A stretch of DNA of 62,491 nucleotides, filler included, from Sphacelaria rigidula (Eukaryota): the NCBI GenBank assembly GCA_964200075.2. It is 6 parts of 6 records of this genome, joined end to end, with 100 filler letters (N's around TTAATTAATTAA, not from the genome) between each part and the next. Parts side by side here need not be neighbours in the genome. Positions count along the whole stretch, not along the records: positions 10,435 to 20,767 come from CAXNAA020006702.1; positions 20,868 to 31,199 come from CAXNAA020006703.1; 4 more parts are not named here. One strand, given 5' to 3'. Positions 11,822 through 23,259 of the stretch are shown here, in pieces. The notes under the pieces are model-generated. The model saw only the letters and a list, made by a program, of their open reading frames with translations, was not told where the DNA came from and ran no database searches. The position numbers were made by a program, and so were the translations under genes. Numbering within the stretch: position 1 is the first letter of the stretch; each line of letters starts with the position of its first letter.

Positions 11822-12616
11822 GCGGACAATGTATTCGATGGCTGTATGCCTTGTGAGGAAGCCTGTACCCTGTGCAATGACAAAGTTACCACAGTATGCG
11901 AAGCCGATCCCTGCGGAGATAAATGCGAGGCGTACATCTGCTGTAGCCAGCGCTGGACCGAAACTTCCGGCTGTGAAGACATGGCGGGACTGGCCACAGA
12001 AATATCAGACGAATGTGGCACGGTTTGGACGTGCGAATCACCGGACCTCAGTTGTTCGGACAGTCCCGAAATTTGTGTCGCCAGTGGCACATTCGGCGAT
12101 GACATCGAAGCCGTCGATATGGGGACGTGCTCCACAGTTTCCTTGCTGGGTGGCGGCGACTTCGACATGGCCTACGTGCTGAAGGGAGCCATCGGCGGCG
12201 AGCTCGTATTTTGGTCCCACGACGGCGTGACGACTCACTCCTTCGTCCTGCAATCCGTCACAATGGATATTTGCGCAGCCGACATCGACACCTCTTTAAT
12301 GTACGGTGGCGTGAACCTAGAGCAGATATTTGTAAGCTCTAACTCGGGCGTCTTGGCGTGGGTGGATGGGTTGGAGGTGAGCGGCAGCGACGGGACGGGT
12401 GGCGAGGGCGGCTGCACGCGTCACATATGGTACTTCAAGGACATGTCGGAAACCTTAGCCTACGTGTATATCGCAGTTGATCCCTCTACACACCCTCGAT
12501 ACATCACGTCCGACTGGGTGAAGGTTCCGTCTACGGGAGAAATAACGAAGGTGGACATGCAGCTTGCGTGTGTCGACCAGGGTACCACCAGTACGATGAC
12601 TGACTGGGTGGTTTAG
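11822..12616 (+). CDS. Terminal exon of a Cys-rich, acidic hypothetical protein (probably secreted)
   Basis: Longest clean ORF in the window, with GC-rich third positions. tag|GCG acceptor at 11821; Cys-dense N-part; AATAAA near 12738. A candidate signal-peptide exon MNPLLRLILVAAL starts at 11322, but its linkage is unresolved. Confidence 0.8.
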   Translation, partial: ADNVFDGCMPCEEACTLCNDKVTTVCEADPCGDKCEAYICCSQRWTETSGCEDMAGLATEISDECGTVWTCESPDLSCSDSPEICVASGTFGDDIEAVDMGTCSTVSLLGGGDFDMAYVLKGAIGGELVFWSHDGVTTHSFVLQSVTMDICAADIDTSLMYGGVNLEQIFVSSNSGVLAWVDGLEVSGSDGTGGEGGCTRHIWYFKDMSETLAYVYIAVDPSTHPRYITSDWVKVPSTGEITKVDMQLACVDQGTTSTMTDWVV

Positions 12617-14537
12617 GGCGGGCTATATTATATCAACTACTGGATGATGATTCTGCGTGTGCGACAGGAGAGGACAATGATACACGAAGGGATGTCATTG
12701 ATTCAGAGATCGTAGTATTTATTTGTTTGGCTTATGAAATAAAGCGCATGAGCAGTATGGTGTTTGGCTATGTGACCCGGGGGAACTCTTGTACTGTCGC
12801 GGAGCTCCAGGTTTAGCATGCGTCAAAAGCTGTGATGCGTAAGGAGAGGCGCTTTTGAAGGCCCGTTCCACGGTTTTCCTGCGCATTGGAGCAACGGATT
12901 TCCATCGAGTTAGCTGTCAAGAGAGACGAGTGGGAATCCTGTTATTTACGGGTTTAGTATACAGTAGTCAAACTTCGAATATGGTTTTCACTCAATCGGG
13001 ATCTTTTCACAAAGGATTTGACATCTTCACTCGAGAGTTTGGAGTCGGTAGGCGTTGCAAAAATGAAGCAAGTCGTGCTTAGGATGAGTTTCCCAATTTT
13101 GTGTGATACGTTTCCCAATTTTGTGCTGTCGGGACAATACGGAGTAAAACCCTGTTTATCGTGGGGGTGCTATTGACCGCATATGTTCCAGAAATACGTT
13201 TTTTGGGCTTTGGTAACTGAATGTCGAGAAAATGGAAGAACTGAAGGCATAGAATTGTTCATTTTAACAATCTGGATCGGTTCGGACGAGTAAAAATATC
13301 GAAGAGCAAGAACCGGGAGTACTCGTAGAACTTCCCCAGGACTGGCGAGCCGGTATCTTGTCCGAAATTGGTCGTAGATTATATATATATATATATATTC
13401 TCGAAACTTGTGTCGGGTGCTCATGTCTCTCGATCCCCAAGTTTGAGATCGAACAGGAACCGTAATGAGTCGTGGTAACTAACCCCCCCCGAAAATATCG
13501 CTTTGAATCGAAAATGATTCGTTCAAAGTTTGATTCATGCACGCCCAAACTATGGTATGGAAGGAGGGGCGCCTGATAACGACTGATTCCAAGGTTTTCT
13601 TGCGCATCGGCGCAATTGATTATCATCGGGTTAGCTGCCCAGAGAGATGACTGGGAGTCCTTACCCACAGAGGTGTCTAATATAAAGAACCCTTGCTGTT
13701 GTGACTTTGACTTGGGGTGTCAAGAAGAACCTATTGCCCCTGTACGATGTGTACGATGTGTACGATGAACATGAAATTATTGCCATTGTTTACCTCCCCT
13801 TATTAGTTCATCGCGACACGTTCAGCAATCGCCTCCCAGGGTACTGAGTTGCCTAGTTCTCTTTACCGATCGTTGGTACGCGGCGGATACACCGCGCATG
13901 GTGGACAGCTTTGCGTGGGCAGTTTGTTTCCACCAAGCCAAATATGTTTCATGATGGCCATTATTTTTCGTATCTCGGAGTGACGGACCAGATGCTCGAG
14001 ATGTGTGTGAGGGCGCTATTACTGCGACCATCGATCTGATCCGACCTAATGGCTGCATCCCTCTATTCAGTTTAGCGTCAGCTAGAAACTCTGCCTATTA
14101 AGCGTGTGATACCCTATCAGTTTTCAGTTTTTCAGTTTTGGAACAAATTAACGGGGTTCGGGTGCGGCATATATCATCTCGTGTTTGTGTACCCTTGAAC
14201 GACTTTGCTGCTATTTCAACCTTCACCATGGTGTCACTTGCAGCTTTTTCTCGTAAGACGCATCAGCCAACTTAGAGTCAGCTATCCCACGATAAAAGAA
14301 GCATTGGATAGACGTGCATTCCTCAGGCCCGCGGCGGGAGGGGAACCGTGAAAGTTAGTCCCATCCTTGCCGGCAAGGTTGAGCTCACCGCCTCTACCCA
14401 ACATGGCCATGCTGATCAGCAGCAGCATTCCCCCAAAGACTGTGCGGCTAAACCTACGTAGCGATTGAAAGAGAAAAACTAACCCCCCTCCTTATTCACC
14501 AAACGTAGCGATGCAATGCACTTGCCCTGCGTCTGCC

Positions 14538-14995
14538 TTCATACCCCCCTCCCCAAGAGCCTGGTCCGGCGAAAATCCGGCGTGCTCCGTCCCGGTTTTG
14601 GAGTTATGCGAATTCAATTGACATATGACGACGGCATGCAAGATCATGAATATCCCTCTCCCCCCGCGCGCGCGCCCTCTCGTCATGGTGAGACACCCAT
14701 GAGGCAGTGTGGAACCCGTGACTGCCTTGGGAAGTGGCAATGCCGATACATAGCAATTTATTGGAGGCTGTCATTCATGTGAAAAAAACTTAGTACGCTT
14801 CAGGCCGAACAATCTTAGTAGGATGCAGCTCACCCTTCATTCGACTCGATGAACACACCATGGTGCTTCACGCTTGGTGGTTGATTGCGAGCCTGGTCCG
14901 GCGAAAACCCGGCATGCTCCGTCCCGACTTTGTAGCAATGCGAGGTCAATGGTCTTATGACTATGGCATGTAAGACCATGAGTACACCCCCCGTT
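14538..14995 (+). mobile_element. Retroposon family 2 (two adjacent truncated copies) ending ...catgagtacacccc
   Basis: gagcctggtccggcgaaaacccggc.tgctccgtcccg...atgcgaggtcaatggtc...ggcatg. Further copies at 18150-18458(-), 20744-20767, 20868-20996(+), 26268-26570(-) and 26790-26955(-). Confidence 0.8.
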
Positions 14996-16184
14996 CCCCT
15001 AGATCATTTCACCGGTCACTAACTGTACTACACGACTCCACAGCACGTACTTGAAGTATGAAATCCGTACCTGCCCGCGATGCACAAGATGGGTCTTCGG
15101 TGAGCTGAAAAAGTAATCGATGTACAGAGAGTGCACCTGTCCTCCGTCCGTGGCACAAGATTGCCGCCATGGAAGAGACGTAGATGCGATGTGTCCCGTA
15201 TTGCCACCACACCACGTCACACGTGATAACGCTGACGTTCATCGGTACGATTTTTTATTGCAAATGTAATAAATACCTATAATACTCAGAATATAATAGT
15301 CAGAACACACATTAAATATGTGTATATATTTTACGAGTATCAATTTTTTCGTCACCATCAGACTTGTTTCAGGGAAGTGTGGTAGTCGATTGACCAAAGC
15401 TGCGGGAGTGGTCATTTTCCAATGCTGGATAATGAAGTGCATGGCCATTACTGGGGAAACGATATATTGATTCTCAGAGACTTGAGACTGCGTGCTTGTT
15501 CTGGGAAAGGAGTGGATTGAAAGCACATAGAAACGAATCAATTCTCTGGGGTGGGTCTACTCGTCGCGACAACACCGTCTTGAGAATATCTAGGCCTGCC
15601 GAACTGGCTAAAATAACAAGCATTAGGAAATGTCACGATTCCTCCGTTCAGAACGCTGTTTTTGCAGATCTTGAGTTTCCGCCGTTGGGAATGCTGAAGT
15701 TTCAGCATCGTTCCCGTTGTCGATAGATCCTCGGTCACGGACATGAAGCTTGTCCGAAGGCTATTCAGAAGCGCATTGTGGGCAACAACATCCTTGAGTG
15801 ATGACTATTAATAAGTGACGCACATGGACTAACCCGCTACGAATACAGCCGTCATCACAAGATACGCGTTTTCCAACACAAGTACATCGAAACACTCGTC
15901 GAAGAAAGATCCACGAAGGGGGAATAACAAACAGAAATGTACTGAAAAAAAGAAGCAAAATAAACTAAAACTCGAACACAAAAACACAAACGCACAAAAT
16001 GCCGCGAATACATGCGCATGTGCGCTCGAAAGTCTGATCCTTCAAGAATCGATGTCCTACACCACGTGTGAAGCCAGTGTGAGCAGTCGCATCAATCAGA
16101 ACAACCGAAGCAATTGGTTTTCTCGAGGAACGCTCAAGACCACGAAAGTGGAGTGCTCGTGAGCGTATTTTTCTCTGCGAGTGG

Positions 16185-16429
16185 TGCTACGGTAGGGGTG
16201 CACAACTATTTTCTAAGGTTAGAATTTTTAGGAGTCCTTTATCTCATCCAAAACACGACTTCTGAAAATATGTGAGAGTACGCCCGGATAACGATTCCAA
16301 TGTGCTGGGGATATCCCGAATGAATTTGTAAACGGGAATGTCCTGACCCATATTCTTGTTCATATAGAACCGTTAGGAGCCCCTGAACCAGACAAGATTT
16401 CGCGCAAAAAGTGCACCCCTACCGTAGCA
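16185..16429. mobile_element. MITE-like element with a perfect 19-bp inverted repeat
   Basis: tgctacggtaggggtgcac (16185-16203) and gtgcacccctaccgtagca (16411-16429); a related motif occurs near 28125 and 61635. Confidence 0.6.
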
Positions 16430-19400
16430 TTGCTCCTACACATATGCATGCGCGCATCGGGCCAGTTTGAGTGACCGGAGTTCTCTTGAGCGCGCATTTT
16501 GCGACACGTGTGTATTTTTCTCCCATATCTTTCCTTTTCACTTTTACAAAGCAGCGGCGACACGTTTTAACACGAATGTTTTTCGTTAGAAAGTTTGGGT
16601 CACAAAAGGCCGGAATAAATTGCATCGGCCACTGAAACCCGGACAAATGCCTGTCTATATATGTAGAGGGACCGCAGGTCTATCAAGACTTCAACGTCAT
16701 GGTCATGAATAGCCTTCCTGGAGGGTATGGATTGCTTTTATTACCCCGACACCATCGCGTGACCCGATCCCACACAAGACTTACGGGATCATGATCAGTT
16801 CCTGGAGGATTAAGGAGAAGCGCCAGAAGAAGGTGTTGACAACGTTCAGATGTTTTTGTATTCCTTTCAAGTTGGGAGCTACGAAGACGGACTACTCTCA
16901 TAGGTGTCAACGAACGGTCTTCTGCGCGTCGTTTCCTCTCTGCAGTTTTCTGCTTGGTCGAGCCAATTTTATCTCTGTCAGGATCTGGTCTGGAGGATCT
17001 TGAACGGAAAACTGTGCATGACGAGATGGACCGAAGACACGACAATGCCCGCAGTTTTCTGATTGGTCAACCTCTTCTGGATGGAGGATTCCGACTGGCG
17101 AACCTATACTACTTCTAGCAAAGAGAATCACTCCATATACATACCGAGACACAGCGACGTTGAAGCCCTGCCTCGTGGGGACAACATGCCGTGTCTAACT
17201 CTTCAATTCCAAAACATCTAGCAAGTTTACAAAAAAACAATCGAGCTCTCGACGATCAGCAATGAAGAACGCGGCACCGGTCTCGTATTCTGATTGATCC
17301 GTGATTGCTTCTTCGCCGGATGTTGTGGGATTTAATAATTGGACACGGCATACTGCTCCCACGAGTAAAGGCTTCGATGGTTTTGTTCAAGGCGCATTGG
17401 TACATTGACTGGATCGTCCAGCTGTTATTCCTTGCTTCTTTTTTTCACCGTGCTTCTGATCACCCTTCCTTTCCTCCTGACGATTCCGTAGTCTCCAAGG
17501 ATGAATCCATCACTTCCCGGCATCTGCCTTGCATCTTACTATCGAGCATTGGATGGTGACCAATCCCGCTGCCCGTCGACCTGTATGTTTTTTTATTATC
17601 GACGGACTCTTGTTTTTAAATTTCCGATGGAAGAAACCAGGAAAAGAGTACATTGTCGAATTCGAACCCACAAAATTCGCCCAAAGCAGTCCTGGTGCAA
17701 CGTGGCACTTTGACCGCCGCAGAGAACGAAGTTTTTCAAGGTATTCGGAGCCGGTAGGTTTGACACAGCATCGGAGCTCAGCTGCAGTGTATTTCTCAGT
17801 ATAACTTTCTGAGTAAGGGGCGGTTCCGAAAGTACCAAGGAGGCTGGAGTCATCAAACGCGTACCATACTTCTGTCACCAACACAACGGAGTTGAACCGG
17901 TGCGTGCACCAACAAATAGTCAGGAAAACAAGCATGGTGCCCTCGACGAACTTTGACCCAACCGAGCAGATTAATGTTAATAACTAGACTCGGGTGGATA
18001 AGGCCAGGAAAAAAATAATAATCAACCTCGACTGATAGGGACAGAGACCATTATTTACCCTCTTTTGATTGCAACTTGTCCACGTACACCGTGTTCCACA
18101 GTCCTCGCGTTCTCGGGACCCGAATACTCATCACCCGGGGGGTAATACCTGAGGGGTGTGCTCATGACCTTGCATGCTGTAGGCAGAAGACCGTTGGCCT
18201 TGCATCCCTACAGAACCGGGACGGAGTACGCCGAATTTTCGCCGATCCAGGGCTTGCAGTCAACCATCAAGCGCCAAGGGCCAAGCGCCGTGTTGTGTTC
18301 GGCGAGTGGCATGAAGGGTGGGCTGCGTCCTGCTAAGATTGCTCGATTCAAAGCGCACTAACTATCTTGCACTTAGATGACAGCCGTGAATGACTTGCTT
18401 CATTTTTTGGTATCGTCACTTCCAGAGATAGCCACGGGTTACACTGCATCATGGGTGTCTAACCAAAACCTGAAGGGGAATGGGGATTCCTTACATACAT
18501 GTCCTGGTACGGCACTGTAGGCGTCAAGGAACAAGTCTTTGCAGTACTGTCCACGCTTCACCACATGGTATGCTATGTGAGTTTAGGGGACGACTGCACA
18601 GAATCTCGTGCGGAGAGTATAAGTAGAATTTTGGAGGTAGATTGGGACCATAATTACCTAGGGACCAGGAGGTGCAATGAGAAATATGATGAGGATCGTA
18701 GCGCAGACTCACCACTACTCTCCAAGGGGCATCTGGGACACTTACACACCTCCATGACCCTTCTCATCTCCCTGTTGCCAGCACAGAGCGTTGTACTAGG
18801 CTTTTTGTTACCCTAACGCGGCGGCTATCGATACCAGCTTCCACCTTCCGTCTATATCGGTGATATAAGCGTGTCTGCTCCGTAGGTTTTACCGTAACCA
18901 GCTTCAGCTTTTGAAATAATCTGTTCGTATATCTGAGGATATTCCCAACACTGGGTCTTGATATGGTGCCAAAACTATCCAAAACCTGATCGCCCCGGAG
19001 TGCCGTTCAGGAGATCCCGTACGGATAATGTGCACCGTACTCTACGACAATATAGAAGGCGAATGCACATATACTTCGAACCAGTGCTTTTTGTCAGAAG
19101 TTTGCACGCGGGTATCTTCTGACCGACCCCATAGTATCGATGAGGTCGCTCGCGGTCACCCTGAACACGCGCTGACACTTGGCCTCCAAGGCATCTCAAC
19201 GCTGTGTCCTAGGAATGCCCTTCTCGTCCTTGGTGATCCCTACTTGAGACACATGCGGCAGTAGAAGACATATCCTCCAAAGCGATTCATCAACTTTTGG
19301 TGAGTCTAGTAGAAGACACCTTGTGGGAGTGAACGGCAAGTCGTGCTCACCACTTACTATGGGGGTTCATTTGTGGAGAATGCCAAAACACGATCCCCTA

Positions 19401-20044
19401 CCGTTTCAAGCTGATTCAAGAGTTTCCTTTGCTCTTTTGTCTTCACTTTTGTGCTCTACACTCCAAAAAGTCTCTGTAATGTGTGGAACAAATCCAGACT
19501 CATGTACCTAGTATTAGAGTACAGTGTACGGACGTCATATTTTGTTCATCATTGTGAAACCCACACTTCGACGGCAGGGGCCGCATGTTCAAGCCTACTG
19601 CAAACCCTTCCAACATTCATATGTATTTTTTTTTAGTTTTTGACAATAACGGCAGACTCAAATTCGGCGAGTAAAAAATGCAAAGGCATAAAGTTCCTCA
19701 ACGAATTATCGTGCCGAAAAGACCATGTATGTACGCAAATACTCTGGCAAATTGGAAAAACTCTCGACGAAAATATCATTTGTTCCCGACTTGCGTGATT
19801 TGTGCTCTACATTTGTATGCATATATCGCAAGAGTGACAGATGACAAAGAAAATCGGGTGAACAAGTAGTTGGCAAAACAAACGATGGCCACACAGCAGC
19901 AGCAACATCGTTCCAACATAAATAAAGCAAACAAGAAATAAAACCAGAACAAGACAACCACGGTTCGGACGAATAAAATTGTGATTCGATTCATATTCAA
20001 CATTCGGACGTATCAATCATACGATTCGTACACAAGTTGTGATG

Positions 20045-20550
20045 ATGTGTACATGTTTTGGGTTTGTGATTCGTACGATACCACTTTGAGTGTACACATT
20101 CCCAGTTCGTGATTCGTGCGGTACACCGTCAAAGGTACACTTTTCCTATTTTCCATTCGTATGGAGTGAATCACAAGTACATGTTTCTCTATTTCTTTTC
20201 ATTCGTTATGAATCGTGAGAACACGTTCCTCACCTTTCATTTGTACGACGTGAATCAAGCGCACATTATTCCCAATTTTGTTCATGCGGCATGAATCATA
20301 CGTTCATGTTCCCCACCTTCCATTCATACGAGATGAATCAAGCGTACATGTTTCCCATTTTCCATTCATGCGGCATGAGACATACGTACATGCCCACCAC
20401 CTTCCATTCATACAAGATAGATCAAGTGTGTATGTTTCCCACTTTTCATTGGGCAGCGCGAATCATGCGTACATGTTCTCCACCTTCTGTTCATGTGATA
20501 TAAATCATGTGAACATGCTGTTTCCCACCTGTCATTTCATGGGGCGCGAC
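20045..20550. repeat. Degenerate 42-bp minisatellite array
   Basis: Unit starts (gaatca-like) at 20168, 20210, 20252, 20293, 20335, 20377, 20419, 20460 and 20502, with more decayed units upstream. Confidence 0.85.
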
Positions 20551-20767
20551 TCTTCGGTGGCGCGGCCCTTTTGCAGGTGAGGTAGGGAAACAAAAGCGTA
20601 CAGGTCGCGAACCCCTCAAGAGCCAAAATATGCAATAAACCGAATTTCAAACTTCGTACTCACATGTAGGCACATCACCAATTGAACAAGACACGCGTCT
20701 GCGTGCCCACAGCGGTTTTTCTAGCCACTTTCCCCCCCGAGTCAGCCTGGCCCGGCGAGAACCCGGC

Positions 20768-20867
20768 NNNNNNNNNNNNNNNNNNNNNNNNNNNNNNNNN
20801 NNNNNNNNNNNTTAATTAATTAANNNNNNNNNNNNNNNNNNNNNNNNNNNNNNNNNNNNNNNNNNNN
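20768..20867. other. Artificial contig linker
   Basis: N44-TTAATTAATTAA-N44. Confidence 0.99.
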
Positions 20868-21773
20868 CTTCGCGCTTGGTGGTTTGAGTGCAAGCCTGGT
20901 CCGGCGAAACCCCGGCGTGCTCCATCCCGGCATTGTAGGGGTGCGAGGTCAATGGTCGTATGACTATGGCATGCATAATCATCATGAGTACACCCTATCG
21001 TAGCATGGCCAGATTGTTGGAGGTGGCTCTAGTTAGGAGTAGGACGGTGCTCCGTCTCGAAAGGGATGCGTGGTCAATGGTCAAACGACTAAGGCAAGCA
21101 ACAAATGAGTACGTCCCCCTATCGTAGGATGGCTCATTTACATTTGAAACACAACTTGTTGCTCACTGCAACAAGCCAGCACAGAAAACAAGAATGCTGG
21201 GATGCAGATAGAGAGAGAGAGAAGTGACAGTTATACTGCGGAAGGAGCATCTGAAATACCGCACACCAGCATCGATCGATTGTCACAATTGCTGTCAATT
21301 TCTCTCCGATCAGACAGAGAAACGTACATCAGTGGGTACCAGCATGATGAGGAGTTACTCGCGAGATGTTTTATTGTATCTGAAAAGGGGTGCTTGGAGG
21401 GACCATGTTGGGTGTGGGTGGTGAATGGAAGCGGAAGTAAAACACACTCCGTTCCGCCTTGCTCATTGTTTCGCTACTTTATGTTATCCCTCGCATTTGG
21501 CGACACGCACACACCAGCGTAGAAAACGAACACCGCGTCACTGTACCAACACCAAAAATTCGGTAGGTGATCGATGATCTTCGTAAGGACTCAAGAAAGA
21601 GTACCTCTAGATGACTTGGTCATTGGACATTCCATGAGGCGTTAGCTGAACGGCATCGGTTAGTATTTCTGGAAATTGGCATCTCCACTACATGGCTCCA
21701 TCGATGAGTACGTGCTCCCTCAACGTTTGAGGTTTTGATGCTTCTATAAATTTGTATATCGATGAAGTGGTAC

Positions 21774-21917
<144 letters not shown>

Positions 21918-22156
21918 CTCTGGGCAGTAGTAGCTTCTAAGGTCCGCACCGGTCCACTTGATACGGACGTCTTCCGTAGTCACAGGCTAGCAATAGTACC
22001 CCAAATGATGTACGCAAAAAGAAACAAGAAAACAAATAAAAAAGGATCCCAAAACTTCAACACAAGACGCAATACAATGCGCCTCCTACGAACCAGAATT
22101 CCAATCATAATCTGGACTAACCTTTCTGATATGATTGATCATGTCAAACGGCTTGC

Positions 22157-22327
22157 CTGTAAAATAGCGGTGGGAAAGAACTTGCTGGGCATGGACGTTA
22201 GCCAGAGCCGGAAGTCCTGGTGGGTCTGACCCGGATTAATCTCCTCACATAGCCTCTCCAGCTCAGGCATCCATGAAATGGACAGGTGGCAGTTCTGCAG
22301 GAGAACCCAATTCCCTTCAGATACCCC
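22157..22327 (-). CDS. Axonemal dynein heavy chain, AAA6 region, exon 5 of 5 seen (GC donor)
   Basis: cag|[57 protein letters not shown]|gcaagc, with the hallmark 'WVLLQNCHL' and 'FRLWLTS' motifs. Confidence 0.95.
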
Positions 22328-23157
22328 CTGGAGTGTTGGTTCACAGATCAATCAGAGTTTGCGACGGTTGTCCATGAAACGCAAAAAAAGGTGAGTACTC
22401 TGTGGTGGTCCAAGTTCCTGCGAAGAAGCCACCATCCTCACCTTTGTGTGAGGCGGGCTGCTAAAATACGTTGCGGGACGGTAGTACAACAGGTACTGGA
22501 GAGAAATTAACGCGGAGAAAACGTATTTCTTTCTACTCCCAATCTGGACACTTCCGAGACGAACCTATAGTCACCTAGCCGTCCTACACTATCGTCGGAA
22601 TCTCCATGGTTGAAGGGACGCGCTGTTCCAACAGCCAAGGTATCCTCGATGTTTCAGTGCATGATCTCTAACACAGCACCATGTGAGGCGTTTTTCGCTT
22701 TGGTCTGTGTGGCTTCAGGACTGGTAATCGAGGGTCCTTCTATTCTTCAACTGTAGACGCAGATTCCACACGAGTGTTCCTCCAAGTGGTCTGTGCTGCT
22801 CTTAAACAATGCGGTTGCTATCACTATACGAGGAAACGAGACGTTGACAAAAATGACCAGTCGTTGACTTGACAGCGGAGCGCGTCAAGCAGCACTTCCT
22901 ATACCTCTTCACCCGCTTCCTGCCCCCCAAAAAGGATGCGTGGTCAATGGTGCAATGGCTATGGCCAGTAACTGATGAGCAGTACGCCCCGCCTGCCCCC
23001 GCCCCTCCGAGCCAGTTGCGACCCCTCCGCAGTCGAGTGGGCCATCGAATTCTACCGTAAGATGTATGTGCGTTGCCGCTAGATTGAGTACACAGATAAG
23101 TAAAGTAAGGAGGAGGCGAAAACCCAAACACTCGAGCATCGAATTGGGCTACCGTAC

Positions 23158-23259
23158 CTTTTCTATCATTGCAGCGGCGATTTTACCCTGTCCCTGCCCC
23201 AAGGCGATGCTCCTCAGTCTATCCGTCATCCCCATATCTTTCGCCAGTTGGAACAGATC
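23158..23259 (-). CDS. Axonemal dynein heavy chain, exon 4
   Basis: cag|DLFQLAKDMGMTDRLRSIALGQGQGKIAAAMIEK|gtacgg; 'LGQGQG' motif; phase 0/0. Confidence 0.95.

Noticed and set aside
20045..20550. CRISPR array
   Set aside because: The whole 42-bp unit is repeated with diffuse divergence. There is no conserved-repeat/unique-spacer alternation, no cas genes are present, and the context is eukaryotic.
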